Shown here piece after piece: positions 37,085-50,145 of a stretch of 64,000 bases of DNA. The position numbers and the translations under genes were made by a program. The stretch's first letter is position 1, and each line of letters begins with the position of its first letter. The notes beneath the pieces were generated by a model. It was not told the DNA's origin. It ran no database searches and worked only from the letters and a program-made list of their open reading frames with translations. This DNA comes from Sminthopsis crassicaudata (lineage: Eukaryota): assembly GCF_048593235.1 (NCBI RefSeq), contig NC_133621.1, positions 280,013,238-280,077,237 on the forward strand, written 5' to 3'.

Positions 37085-38790
37085 GATCGGTCTTCTCTCA
37101 TTTATTAAGAACCTGTTATATGCCAGGTACTTTGCTGAGTGTGCCCTGGGGATGCAAAGGCAAAAGACAGCCTCTACTCTCAGAGAGCTCCATGTCTAAT
37201 AAGGACAGCTGTATACAAATAAGCTACCAACAGGATACAATGGGATTAGAATCAGAGGGAGGACTCTAAGATTAAAGAGATGGGACTTTAGCTAAGACTT
37301 GAAATATTCCATGATGTGGAAAGGAGGAGATCAAGAGCATTTTGGAGATGGGAGACAGCCAGTGAAAGTGCTTGGTGTTGGGACATGAAGTATTTTCTGC
37401 AAGGAACAGAAAGAGGGCAATGTCACTGGATCGCTAAGTATTTGGAGGGAAGTAAGGAGTAGAAAGACTAGAAAGGAGTATGGAAGGGAATGGTGGAAGG
37501 GATGCAGCTGATGAAGAACTTTGGGAACCAAACATAAGATTTTATATTTGATCTTGGAGGTGGAGTTTACTGGATTGGGGGATGGAGTAATATTGTTAAA
37601 TCTGCATGTTAGAAAAATCAGTTTGACAGCTGAGTGGAGGCTGGATCGCAGTGGAAAATGCTTGAGGAAAGAAGATCAACCAGCAGGCTATTGAGATAGT
37701 CCAGGGTGAAGGGATAAGGGCCTGCATCAGGATTATGGCAATGCTGAAGGAAAAAGGGGGCACATATGAGAGAAATTGTAAAGGTAGATACAGCAGATTG
37801 TGACAACAGATTGCATGTTGGGGGTAGAGGTTGAGAGAGAATGAGCACGTGAAGATGACCCAAGATTATGAGTTTGGGTGACTGGGGAGATGGCACTGCC
37901 TTGGACAAAAAGAGGGAAATTTGAGAGAGAGAGAGAGAGAGGTTTTGGGGGAAATACAATGAGTTCAGTTTTAGACAAGTTGAATTTCAGATATCTATCT
38001 ACAAGCCATTCTATTCAATATGTCTAACATCTAGACAGAAAAATTGCCAATGGAGAGATGAGACTGGAAATCAGGAGAAAACTTAGGACTGGACAAGTAG
38101 ATCTGTGACTCAGCTGCATAAAAACTCACAGGAGTTAATGAAATGACCAACAGAAAGATATATAGAGAGAAAGCTGAGGAAAGAGCTGTAGGGGGTTCCT
38201 ACTGCTAGTGCTCATGGTGGATGAAGAGTTCTCAGATCAGAAAGGTAGAGAAAAATAAGGAAAAAACAGTGTCATGAAAACCCAAAGGGAGAGAGTTTTA
38301 AAGGAACAAAAGGTGATCTACAGGGTCAGTGGCTCCAGAGAGGTCAGGAGGGACTGAGAAAAAGCCACTGTGTTTAGCCATTAAGAGATCACCAAAGACT
38401 TTGGAGAGAGGGCCATTTTATTTGAATGAGAAAGTCAGAAACCAAACTTTAGAGAATTAAGAAGGATGCTAGTAAAGGCCCCTGTTGTAGAGGATCTTCT
38501 CAAGGAGTTTGGCCACAAAAGAGAGGAAGAGATAGAAGATAGCTAGCAGGAATGGACCTATCAAGTAAAGGGTTTTTGAGAATGGAGGAGATAGAAGCAA
38601 TTTGTAGGCAGTAGGAAAGTAGCCAGGAGATAGGGAGAGTTTGAATATTAACGAGAGCAAGAAGATAATGCAATCTGCTGCCCCAAAAGGGATGGAATGG
38701 GATCACTTGTGCATGCAGAAAGATTTTCCTTGGCAAGAAGTCTTCTTCGGATGGGACAGGAGAAGACAATGGCAACAAGCCATTGCTAAC
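37085..38790 (-). mobile_element. Decayed LINE-2 (L2): 3' part of ORF2 reverse transcriptase plus 3' UTR
   Basis: Minus-strand ORF fragments LSLIFKLSLSPGYFPTAYK...FVAKLLEKI (38469..38660) and KTELIVFPPKP...PVTQTHNLG (37733..37978) are typical L2 RT segments. L2 tail motif (catttattaag..cc...atgccagg) near 37100. Confidence 0.85.
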
Positions 38791-41139
38791 TCACCACACT
38801 GGTATTTCCAAACATTTTCATCTACCCTAGGTTTCCTATGGCCCTGTCCACATCCCTTCTAGCTGAGAACCCTGAGCAGGTTTCACTGAAACAATTGAGG
38901 GCATTCTGAGAAAGCAAAACTTAGGGTAGATGAAAATGTTTGGAAATACCAGTGTGGTGAATTAGCAAATTGGTTTCGGTTTTATATCAAAAGGGTTGCC
39001 GATTCTGTACCATAATTTGTAATTGATCCAATCCACATGGCTTCATGATACATTGTGAAGACTGAGTTAGCACCCTGGATACCTTAGAATCAGCCAGAGT
39101 CAGGATAATCAAGAGTCCTTGGTCTTTATTCTTGGTCTTTAGGGGTAGAAATGAATTGGATGGATGCAGGATCTCCATGACCTCTCTTCTCTTTGTCTAC
39201 CGCCAAAGTGACCCTGGCTCCTCTTCCTCCATCCTCTAATCCCTCCCACAATTCTCTGTATCCACCAAAAGATCCAACCAGCACAGGATAGTGGGAAGGG
39301 CCATTTTCCAAGCATATGCTAATAGAGTATTGTCCAGTCGGTAATTACCCTTAAGTGCTCAGTTGTCCAACCCCGGTGCATCAACTCAGAGTTTCAGCTC
39401 TTTATAATTCATTCCAACTTTGTTCAGTTGCTGAGTAGAAACAAAGGCAGAAGCTTAAGGTGGATATGATCCAAGGCTGGAATTTGGTAGGACAAGATCT
39501 TCCATGGACTAAAAAGGCAAAGAGAGAACCCCTTCACCAAGGTGTGAAACTGTCCCCGTGCAGAATAACTAGTGAAGATATTTTGATCTCAGAACTGAGG
39601 AGGTCGGGATTATTGTGAGGACCAAGAACAGGGTTTGGAGTCGAGAGGCAGAGGTGGAATGTTAACAGATTATGAGTAAGTAAAAAAAATTCAGACGTTA
39701 TGAATATTTATGGAGGATGGTAAAATGAAGGACACAGCCATTCCTGTGTACCTGTAGTAGGGTGAATGAGTAAGTCATGGAAATGAGAGATTGAGAGGTT
39801 AGGGTATGTTGAAATCCTCTAGTTTGAGGGCAGGAGTAAGGAAAGAAAACTGCAAACCAACTACTGAATTCATTGAGAAAGTAGAAAGTACTATAGAACA
39901 GAACCTTCTTCAACTTTTTCCACTCATGATCCCTTTTTTTGCCCAAGAAAATATGTTTAAAATAGGTCTACAAATCAAACATTTACTGATAATAACTTGT
40001 AATTTCACAACCCTCACATTCAGTGACATGATCCCATATGGGGTTGTGACCCACAGTTTAAGAAGCTTTGCTATAGAAGTCATCAACTCCAACCCCTTCA
40101 TTTTACAGATGAGGAAATAGACCCTGATGAAAAGAAGCTTGGCCATGATCCCACAAGTAGTAATGGCAGGTTAGGATTCAAACCCACATTGAGAGGTAGT
40201 AGTGTAGTAGCACACTACTATAATGGCTAGAACTCTGGGCTGAGGGTCAGGAAGACTCCAATATTTACATGCTGAATAAATGAGGAAGTCTTTCTATCTA
40301 TGTAACAGGACATAGCTGGACTCACAGTCTCTACCATCCCTTCCAGCTCCAAGGCTCTGTCTGATCTTTTGGTTCCATTCAGGGTCGTCTTTCTTTTTGT
40401 ATTGCCACCCTTCTCCCACTCCCCCGCCTGTTTTGATAGATTTATGCTTTGAGGAATTGCTATTTGAACTCTAAGTGTTAGTAGCATAAAAATGAACATA
40501 AATCAATTTGTGTCTGAATTTACTCTCAAAACTCCCCGGGGACTTGAAGAAATGTCATTCCTCCCCCCTTATTCCCCCTACCCAGTAAGCTGCAGAAACT
40601 CTACATTATTTTACATCCTATTATAATTTTTTTTTTTGGTCTGATTTTTGAAGAGGACATTTATTGCCTAAGAAGGCATGGATGATCTAAGGCAATCATG
40701 CCCGTTAGGAACTACAGAATGTTGTTGTTATTTTTAAAATAGCTTTAAGACCATTTAAAGGAGCTCTGATCACTAGGGCTCTGTCCTGAATAGGCGATTT
40801 ATACTCCTTTTTATCTTTGGGAAGCCCTTCGAGAGAGCTGTGCAATCATTACTTCCAATCTGTCCAAAGGGAGACCAAGTCTCTGAAATTGGAAGAGACA
40901 TTCATGAAGCCACATTGAGAGTCAGTGAAGATAACTAATATAGCTCAGGACTACAGAGCCTCGTGTTGGTGTCTAATGTCGGATGCCATTATAGGGCCTG
41001 GTAGTTGTCCTGGTTTAATTGACGAAAGCTCTTGGGCTGTATGAGTAGCAATCTCTGAAGGAATGGGGAGATCACATGATTGTAGTTGGGGGAAAGAGAG
41101 GAAGGAACTATTTCAGAGAGGTTTGTGGGTATTCCACCA

Positions 41140-41349
41140 TAGTGGTGCTCAAAACTTTTGTTTATACTATTAAAAATTATTGAGGATTTGTCCAAATAGT
41201 CTTTGTTTATGTGGGCTAGATTTATAGATATTTGCCATATTTGAAATAAAAACTGATTTTGAATTAGTACATACTCTGAAAAGATTTCAGAGGACCACTC
41301 CCCCTCCCTGCCCCCCAGGATTCTCTGGACCACTCTTTGAGAACCACTT
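41140..41349 (+). mobile_element. Old hAT/Charlie-type MITE (same family as 11185-11375)
   Basis: tagtggtgctcaaa...taaaaattattgagga...tttgtttatgtggg...tttgagaaccact. Confidence 0.65.
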
Positions 41350-42719
41350 GTCTGCCATAGGAAACCTAATGTCTGAGACTAATAGATTTATAGATTTCTG
41401 AGCCAAAAGGGACTCTTTGTTCTTCTGTGTCAGTATTGGTCCATTAATGGGTTAGCTCAAGTATTGGGGCTCAAAAAACTCTTTATAATCTATACATGAC
41501 GTGGAACTAAGATTGGGCACAAGAACAGAATTTGTTCTGTGGTTTCAGTCATGTTCAATTCTCTGTGACCCATTTGGGATTTTCTTGGCAAAGATTCTGC
41601 AGTTGTTTCTTTCTCTAGCTCATTTTACAGATGAAGTGACTTACCTAGGTTTGCACAGCTAGATACTAGAGTGGTTGGCCATTTCCTTTTCTAGCTCATT
41701 TTATAGATGTGGAAACGGAGACAAACAGGGTGAAGTCACACAGCTGTTAAATGCCCGAGGCTAGATTTGAACTCTGGAAGATCTTGGCCAGATGCTGGAT
41801 CCACTACCCCCTTAGTAACTTAAGTGACTTAATTTCTTTGGGACTCAGTTTCCTCATCTGTGAAAGGAAAGGGTTTAGACTTAATGACCTTTATCATCCC
41901 TTCCAAGTCTACCTGTGAAATTCTTTTTGAACTAAAAGATCTTTACAATTCCTTCCAGCTCTAGAATTCTGATAGGATTATTATAAAATATTCTTTATCT
42001 ATTTACCAAACCAATTTCCCCTCAGGACCTCCATGAGATAAATTCTTGTTTGTCTAGTTCTACTGCCCAGAGATGTAATGAAGATAAAATGAGATAAAAG
42101 GCTTTGCAAATCTACTTCAGGTTGCTTTTTCCCCTGTAAGAATTTAAAGTACTTTTTTTTTTTTTTTTTCCTTTTTGGCTAGACCTGTGATCTTAGTGGC
42201 ATAGGAAATTCCATGTGAGGAAACTCCCTCTACCAATATAGCTTGCTGCCCTCTCAGTGCTTTACAGTCTCAAAGAGTTGTGATGTTCACAAGGTCACCA
42301 GCCAGGATCTGTCAATCTGTTGTGTAGTTTTGGGTAGTTTTAAGCTTTAACAGGCTATCTTATATTCTTTTAACACTGCCTTTTACATTTGATCCTGGAG
42401 GCAATAGGGAGCCACTGAAATTTATTGATTATCTCCAATTTATTCTTTATGTCTTTTTATACAAAATGTTTGCATGTTATTTGCCTAATTCCACCTTTCC
42501 TACTTTATCCTTCTTCCTTCTAGGAGTTCATTAAGGTCAGGAAGTATTTTTTTCCTTCTGTTTTTACCTTTCTTTATGTCCCCAGAACTCAGGACAGTAA
42601 TAAATACTTAATAAATGCTTGTTGACTGATTATTGAATAGGGAAGTAATCCAATCATAGAATAAGGATCCTTAGAGTTTCCATGGGACCTCCTTCAAATG
42701 CTGTGAAAACAAGTCTTAC

Positions 42720-42930
42720 TGGCATAGAATGTCAGGCCCAGAGCCAGAAAGTCTCATCTCCCTGAGTTCCAGCCTTTTAGCTGGGTGACCCTAGGAAAAT
42801 TTGCCTCAGTTTCCTAATCTGTAAAATGAACTGGAAAAGACAATACTTAACAACTTCAGTATCTTTGCCATGAAAACCTCAAATGAGGTCACAGAGAGTC
42901 AGACATGACTGAAAACAACTGAACAACAAC
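42720..42930 (+). mobile_element. Mar1 CORE-SINE
   Basis: gcctcagtttcct..ctgtaaaatgaactgga...agtatctttgcca...gagtcagacatgactgaaaacaactgaacaacaac. Confidence 0.85.
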
Positions 42931-43435
42931 ACAATCTATTATAATCGGTGCATGTTTAAAAAAAAAAAAAAAAAAAAAAGCTAAGCTTCCTGCTTGCTCA
43001 GTACAGTGACTTCCCAGCTTTTCTGGTCATTCAACTCAACCCTCTGAAGGGAATATGTGGCATATTCACTTTAAGAAAAGGAACATGGGGAAGAGCCAAA
43101 AAAAAAAAAAAAAATAGTTGCTAGTTTTCCCAAATTTACTGTTGCACAGCCCCTTTTTGAAGTTGACATAATTTTCAAATATTTATATGGGCATATTTTC
43201 CTTTCAAATAGGTCTGTTCTGCAAAGATTTTACTTTTTATTTTTGTTTTGTTTTGTTTTCTTACTTTTATCCCTGAAAAGAACAAATTATAGGAAGAAAG
43301 ATTAATGGTAATGCAGCGTGATATAATGTTTGCTAATAGGCTGTCAAAGGTATTGCTGGGAATTACAAAGGTTTGTTTCGCTTATGAATTCAATTATCCA
43401 ATAGGCTTTGAAATATGGTGTTTGCATCCTTTCAG

Positions 43436-43613
43436 GCACTCAATGCTGTGTTTGAAAAAATCCCAGAGAATGAGAGCACCGATGTCTGTCGGAGTATTGC
43501 TGTCAACGTCCTAGACTGTGATACTATAGGACAAGCCAAGGAGAAGATCTTCCAAGCATTTTTAAGCAAGAACGGCTCTCTCTATGGGCTCCAGATCAAT
43601 GAAATTGGCCTGG
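43436..43613 (+). CDS. PLXNC1: Plexin C1 coding exon (178 nt, phase 0-1): ALNAVFEKIPENESTDVCRSIAVNVLDCDTIGQAKEKIFQAFLSKNGSLYGLQINEIGL, start of the Rho-GTPase-binding domain
   Basis: tcctttcag acceptor and gtaaga donor. Has the plexin RBD motif V.VLDCDTI.QAKEKI. Confidence 0.98.
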
Positions 43614-44348
43614 GTAAGACAGTGGTGGGGGAACAGAAGTATCTTATCTCTTTCCTCTCCTATTTCCAAGGCTCCCTTTCCTAGACATGTATTATTGTGA
43701 AGAAGGCAAGAATAAGCTAATGATTTCTTTTGGAGGCATGTGGGATGAAGAGGAGATTTTTGAATTAAGTATTCTCTATAATATCAGGTTCTTAAGGATC
43801 TTTTAGGCACAACATGTTACATTTGTTTTACATTGAAAATATTAATGGTAAGAGCCTAGTACAGTCTCTAGGTATTTTGTATGTGTGTCTTTGATGGGTC
43901 TGTTGTGACACTGGGGGCTGAGCCATTATTAGCAGAATCTCAGCTCTCCCCGGTTAGCACCAGTGTGTTGGAGAAAGACATTCTCAGTTCTGTCCTCCTC
44001 ACCCCACCCCACCCACCTTTTTTTTTTTTTTTTTTTTTTGGTTAATAGCATACAGCATTAAGTATCTTCTCTGCCTTCCTCCTACATAAAGTAGCATCTG
44101 CTGTGAATTCATTTTGGACTCTTATTGGTACACTGAAACCAAGAACATATGCGTGAGCAAAGTAACCGGGACCTGCTTCCCTCAAATGTTCATAAACATT
44201 TTTAAGTTCGACTCTGTAGTAATCTCCCAAAGACTGCCAGAGGATTTCCAAGGGGATAATGGGATAGAGAGAAAAGAAGGCTAAGAAATCACAGCCACAA
44301 GTAGATAAGTTTCATTTCTTCTTCAGTTACAGCTATATAGTGCTTTGC

Positions 44349-45082
44349 NNNNNNNNNNNNNNNNNNNNNNNNNNNNNNNNNNNNNNNNNNNNNNNNNNNN
44401 NNNNNNNNNNNNNNNNNNNNNNNNNNNNNNNNNNNNNNNNNNNNNNNNNNNNNNNNNNNNNNNNNNNNNNNNNNNNNNNNNNNNNNNNNNNNNNNNNNNN
44501 NNNNNNNNNNNNNNNNNNNNNNNNNNNNNNNNNNNNNNNNNNNNNNNNNNNNNNNNNNNNNNNNNNNNNNNNNNNNNNNNNNNNNNNNNNNNNNNNNNNN
44601 NNNNNNNNNNNNNNNNNNNNNNNNNNNNNNNNNNNNNNNNNNNNNNNNNNNNNNNNNNNNNNNNNNNNNNNNNNNNNNNNNNNNNNNNNNNNNNNNNNNN
44701 NNNNNNNNNNNNNNNNNNNNNNNNNNNNNNNNNNNNNNNNNNNNNNNNNNNNNNNNNNNNNNNNNNNNNNNNNNNNNNNNNNNNNNNNNNNNNNNNNNNN
44801 NNNNNNNNNNNNNNNNNNNNNNNNNNNNNNNNNNNNNNNNNNNNNNNNNNNNNNNNNNNNNNNNNNNNNNNNNNNNNNNNNNNNNNNNNNNNNNNNNNNN
44901 NNNNNNNNNNNNNNNNNNNNNNNNNNNNNNNNNNNNNNNNNNNNNNNNNNNNNNNNNNNNNNNNNNNNNNNNNNNNNNNNNNNNNNNNNNNNNNNNNNNN
45001 NNNNNNNNNNNNNNNNNNNNNNNNNNNNNNNNNNNNNNNNNNNNNNNNNNNNNNNNNNNNNNNNNNNNNNNNNNNNNNNNNN
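44349..45082. other. Assembly gap (734 N). Other gaps: 2189-2382, 19411-19790, 19881-20014, 57518-57679
   Basis: Runs of N. Confidence 0.99.
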
Positions 45083-45277
45083 CCCTAGTAGAATCTCCAA
45101 GTTAAATCGAAGACAAGGTTAGTCATAAGCCTAGTCATAGTGGCCACTAGATAGCAGAGATAGCTTGAGCAAATCCATAAAGAACAATATTCACTTGTGG
45201 GTCCCAACTGAAAAGAAAGCAAGGTAGACAAAAACCATTTGACAATGAGAGAGGCAACACAATTTACACACACACAC

Positions 45278-45278
<1 letters not shown>

Positions 45279-45327
<49 letters not shown>
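45279..45327. repeat. (GATA)n tetranucleotide microsatellite
   Basis: Seen directly in the sequence. Confidence 0.97.
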
Positions 45328-45329
<2 letters not shown>

Positions 45330-46544
45330 ACAGTAAAGACAGTGATACACATATCTACATACATACATACATAAAATGTTATACTCAGAATCAATGAGTC
45401 ATTGATTCAAATCAACGTGCCCCCTATATGCCAGGTACTGTGACATAAGTCACACATTCCCAGTCAAGTATTCAGTTCAAGCCCTGACTCTGATCCATAC
45501 TGACTACCTGACTCTGGAAAATTCACTTAATTTCTCTGTACTTCATTTTTGTTAACTGTCAGTTGATGAGGTTGCATCCCAGTGTCCCATAGGTCCCTTC
45601 CAACCCTAAACCTATGATACTTTAATCCTTTGATTTAGCCCTTCTATGTTTGGGGCAACTCTATGACTCTAAATTACAGAAGATGTACCAATCTGCACTG
45701 GAAGAGGGAATTATCCCAATCAGAGTTTCCTCTAACTTTTTTTTCATCGATTCCTAATCTTTTAGAATTGGAGAGGATTTTGGACATCATGTGGTTCAGT
45801 GCTTTCATTTTCTAGGGGAGGAAACTCAAACTAGAGAAGCTAACCCATCTTAACCTTAATTCTGAGGTCACACTGCTAGCTGGTATTAGGGTGAATCCTA
45901 GAAGTTAGGTCACCTGACTCTCACTTCTGTGTTCTTTTCATGATTTGATTTATGTATCAGAGTCTCTGGCTTGAACGTGGCTCACAAGTCTAAGATCCAT
46001 AGGATCATAGGATTTAAGACTGGGGAGAACACCTGATCTAGTCTTCTCATTTCACAGCTGAAGAAATTGAAACTCAGACAGGTGAACACACATGTGGGTA
46101 TAAGTGATGGAACCGGAACTATTCTTCTGATTTCAGTACCATGCTCTTTCCCAAGAGAGCCCACTTTTTTGACTGGGTTGGGGAGGGAAGAGATGGGGAA
46201 GACTACCCCTAAAAGGCATTATTGGCAGATTTCAGTGAGAAAGCCCTCTTCCTGTGTGGATTTGTAACATTGTTGTCTAAGATAGCAGAGAGATGGGCTT
46301 GAATGCAGACTTTCATGACTCAGGGTCCTTCCCTGTCCACTACCTCCAGTTGCTTCTCATTGTCCACTTAGCATTGAAAAAAAAGAAAAACAAATGTTAT
46401 TAGCGCCTCAAGGTACATTCTGATTCTTCCTCATTCAGTCAGCTTACAATGATCTCACAGGGAACCATGGGAGAGATTGTGGATGATGACTCCGTGCAGT
46501 CCATCTATATAGCATCAGTAAATAGACTTGCAAACGGTCTGTTG

Positions 46545-46775
46545 TGGTATCATAGTGCACAGAATGCCATGCCTGAAATAAGGAAGATTCATCTTCCTGA
46601 GTTGCATTCTGACCTCAGCCATGTGACCCTGGGCAAGTCACTTAATTCTATTTGCCTCAGTTTCTTCATCTGAAAAATGAGCTAGAGAAGGAAATAACTA
46701 CTATTTTTATCAAGACAACTCCAAATGGGTTCATAGAGTCAGACATGATTGAAAAATGACTGAACAACAACAAAC
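46545..46775 (+). mobile_element. Mar1 CORE-SINE
   Basis: gtgaccctgggcaagtcacttaa...gagtcagacatgattgaaaaatgactgaacaacaac. Confidence 0.85.
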
Positions 46776-48089
46776 TCACAGCTCCTGTACTACATTATAT
46801 CATACTGTACAATACTGTACTATAAAGATAATAGTCAGTACTATTATCTTCATATCTTCATCAATGAATGATACTTTTTAAGCCCTTACTATGTGCTAAA
46901 TGATGAGCTAAGTGCCAAGAATAAAAGTAAGAAAAAAAAGATTGTCCTTAATGTCAAGAAACTTATTCTTTTTTTTTTTTTTAACTTCCTGAAACATTCA
47001 ACTAAAATAAGCATTTCCATATGCATTGTGGAAAAGAAAAGGATTGTTGAGGGAACTGTGAATGACTTATACAAGCACTCACATGCTCATAAGATGCAAC
47101 AGCTCATTTAAAAGAGCAATGACCATGCAAGGGGGTTTATATCTTGGCAATCACTAGGTAGACACATTAATGTCTGGGCAATCAATTGACCACCCTTTCC
47201 AGAAGTGATGGTACATGCTTACTATATGTTGATGTTTTGGTTCTCCAAACATGGGGTCATAGATGCGTGCATGTAGAATTGAATTCCTTTCCATAAGTAG
47301 TCTAGTCCATATTCCTCATTTTACAAACGAGGAAACTAAGATAGCAAGTGGTCAGGAAAAGAACCTGGACTTTGGGCTCAATGCTAGATCGGACATTATA
47401 TCCTAGTCTCCTTGGGCTGTCTGTCTAATAAAGTCATTCTTTAAATGCATAAAACAAAAGATATCCAATTACAAAAGAAACAGACTATAGTGAAAATAAA
47501 GGTCACTTGTTCCCAGTTAAGTTACTAGATCTTTGGGAGTGCTTGGATCTTATGTCAAGAGCCAGTTTTCTTTCCACTGTATCGCAGTAGAAGTGTGGCC
47601 AGAATGGGAAGGGTCACCATTGGTCAGTGTGAACAAATTTTTGCAAATCTGTTAATATTCTAAAATTCTGACTGAGCTTCCTCTAAAAAAAAAATGGCAA
47701 TGAATCCAGTGTGTTCTCCATAAATCACATTCCAGCTTAGTTTTGACACCATGGTTTTTTTCATGGATGGTCTCAGGGTGCATGCTTAAGGGATAGGATG
47801 CTACATAGTCTTGGTCTGCTTTAAAGAGTCCCAAGGCCTGTCATATCTTCCCAGATATTCCCATCACAAAATTTGGTAAATATCATCTCAAAAGGGAGGA
47901 TTTTAAGAACTGTTTTGTGCCAGTCCAGCTAACTCTCCTATCTTCAAATGAATGTTTTTCACATTTTTGTTTGTTTTATTTGATCATAAATAAAACTCTT
48001 AAAGTTGAGAGGGTAATGTTTCACGTGAATGGTTCTTTTCATTTAGAATCTTGAAAAGAAAGGGGAAAAATGATTTTTGTATCTTTCAG

Positions 48090-48193
48090 AGCTTCAACTG
48101 GGTACACGGCAGAAAGAACTTTTAGACATAGATAGCTCTTCCGTGATTCTGGAGGATGGAATAACCAAGCTAAATACCATCGGCCATTATGAG
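48090..48193 (+). CDS. PLXNC1: Plexin C1 coding exon (104 nt, phase 1-0): (E)LQLGTRQKELLDIDSSSVILEDGITKLNTIGHYE
   Basis: atctttcag acceptor and gtaaga donor. Has the RBD motif L.D.D......G..KLNT..HY. Phase matches both neighbouring exons. Confidence 0.97.
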
Positions 48194-48529
48194 GTAAGAA
48201 CAATGCTGGCATTTGGGCATCAGAAGCATCCTCTGTTCGTTGTCCCATCTGATCTTCTCTATCTATAACCTGGGGAGTTAGCAGTGCAAATATTAGGTTT
48301 CTTATATTTTCTTACATTACAAATTACAGATTACACATAGAACAACTGAGGCACAATTAGATTTAGAGCTGAAAGGGAGTTACACACACATTTTCATTTT
48401 CTTTCAACCTCATTTTCTCCATCAATACTAATCTTGAGAGTTCCTCTTACCATGTTCTACTAAGCTCTGGGAGATACAAAGACAAGATCATTTGGGTCTC
48501 TGTCTTAAGGAGTTTATATTCTTTTTCTT

Positions 48530-49330
48530 TTAATTATTTTTATTATTAAAAATTTCACAAATATCAATAAACATGAATATTTTCTCATACAAAAAAAAAA
48601 CAAAAGAAAGAAGGGGATTACCTATAAACTATGAATTTCTAGCACATACAGCTTATTTTTAAAGTTAACATTAATTATTAATCAGTAGTTCAAAACTTCC
48701 CTGAATTCTTTTTCTTCTTTTCATCAATGTCCTTTCTATTTCTACCACTTTCCTATTCCCAGTATATGAAAGGAAAAAAAAAAAAAAAAAAAACCAAAGA
48801 CTTTCCTTATAACAAGTTAGTCAAGTAAAACCAATCTACCCATTGGCCATAGGTAAAATTTTGCGGAAAATGGATATTTCTCACCTCTCCATCAAGAGAA
48901 GGATATTTGCTTCATCATCACTCTTAGAGTCATAGTTGATCATTGTATTGATCAGAATTCTTAAGCCCTTTATAGTTGTTTTTCTTTACAATGTTATTAT
49001 TATAAATTGTTCTCTTGATTTTCTTCACTTCATTCTTTATCTTTTTCATATACATCATTGCAGGCTTCTCTTCCATCATTTCTTACAGCACCATAATATT
49101 CCATTATATTCATACACCATAACTTGTAATGTCATTTACCAATTGGCAGGAACATTCTGTTTCCAGTTCTTTGCTACAACAGAAAATTTGCTTGTATTTA
49201 TGAGTCCTTTCCTTTCTTTTGGAGGAGGGTGCTAGTTTAGTTACTTTGGGGTTAACCTTCCTGATTGGCTTCCAGAATGGTTGGAGTAATTTACAAGCAA
49301 AGAATTTATATCCTAACAGAAATGGAAGAG
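48530..49330 (-). mobile_element. Old L1-like LINE remnant
   Basis: T-rich strand with gattggcttccagaatggttggag.aatttaca and similar L1 antisense motifs. Related pieces at about 33770-33960 and 51095-51330. Confidence 0.5.
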
Positions 49331-49434
49331 ACAACATCTCAGATAACTATCCTAGAGAGATAGACTGTTAGTGCTGGGAGAAACTGTAAAGATCATCTTT
49401 AAAGTCCAAAGCCCTCATTTTTTTTCCCCTTAGT

Positions 49435-49710
49435 AGTATTTTATTTTTTCAAATTACATTTAAATAGAGTTTTCAGCATTTCCTTTTATAAGATTTTTAC
49501 TTCCACTTTTTTCCCCCTCATCCCCCATTCTCAAGATGGCAAGCAGTCTGATAATGTTATACATGTACAATCATATTAAGCACACTTCCACATTAGTCAT
49601 GTTATGAAAGAAGAATCAGAACAAAAGGGGGAAAACCATGAGAAAGAAAAATCAAAACTAAAAATGAAAATATCCTCTTTTGATCTGCATTCAGACTCAC
49701 TCCATAGTTC
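49435..49710 (-). mobile_element. Marsupial L1 3' UTR fragment (antisense)
   Basis: ttattttttcaaattacat...agatggcaagcagtctgata...tacatgtacaatc; homologous to 60652-61075. Confidence 0.65.
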
Positions 49711-49974
49711 TTTTTCTGGATGTCTACCCCTTCATTTTTACAGATAAAGGAACTGAGGCCTAGAGAGAGAAGAATGGCCTTGCTTGTAGTGACACTAATA
49801 ATTAGTAGCAGAACCAAGAGCAGAATCCAGATTTTTCTGCTTCCCTAAAGCCCCATGATTCCCTGTGGGTTTTTCTGCCACTTTAATTTACATTTGGGAG
49901 AATGTGACCTAATGGTTATATGAGCTTATAAAAAGTATGTTTGTAGATTATATCATCAAATCATTCATTTAATG

Positions 49975-50145
49975 GATTTTTATTATATATAGATATAAAA
50001 TACATATTATGTATAATATTTATTATATAGTAATTATAATAATGTATAATTATATATTTTATATTATATGTAAATATGTGTATTATATATTTTTATTTAT
50101 TTATATTATTTATTATATATATTACATAATCTATATTTTTATTTA
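49975..50145. repeat. AT-only low-complexity tract
   Basis: Seen directly in the sequence. Confidence 0.9.

Noticed and set aside
37618-38778. Minus-strand ORFs resembling reverse transcriptase
   Set aside because: Fragmented L2 ORF2 with frameshifts and stops; a dead retroelement, not a host gene.
40197-40220. Short inverted repeats (9 bp here; 8 bp near 52425-52448; ggtaattacc near 39340)
   Set aside because: Lengths expected by chance in 64 kb of AT-rich DNA.
46484-46580. Box C-like (atgatga) and box D-like (ctga) motifs about 90 nt apart
   Set aside because: No terminal stem or clear C'/D' boxes, and the D motif runs into a SINE head; not supportable as a snoRNA.
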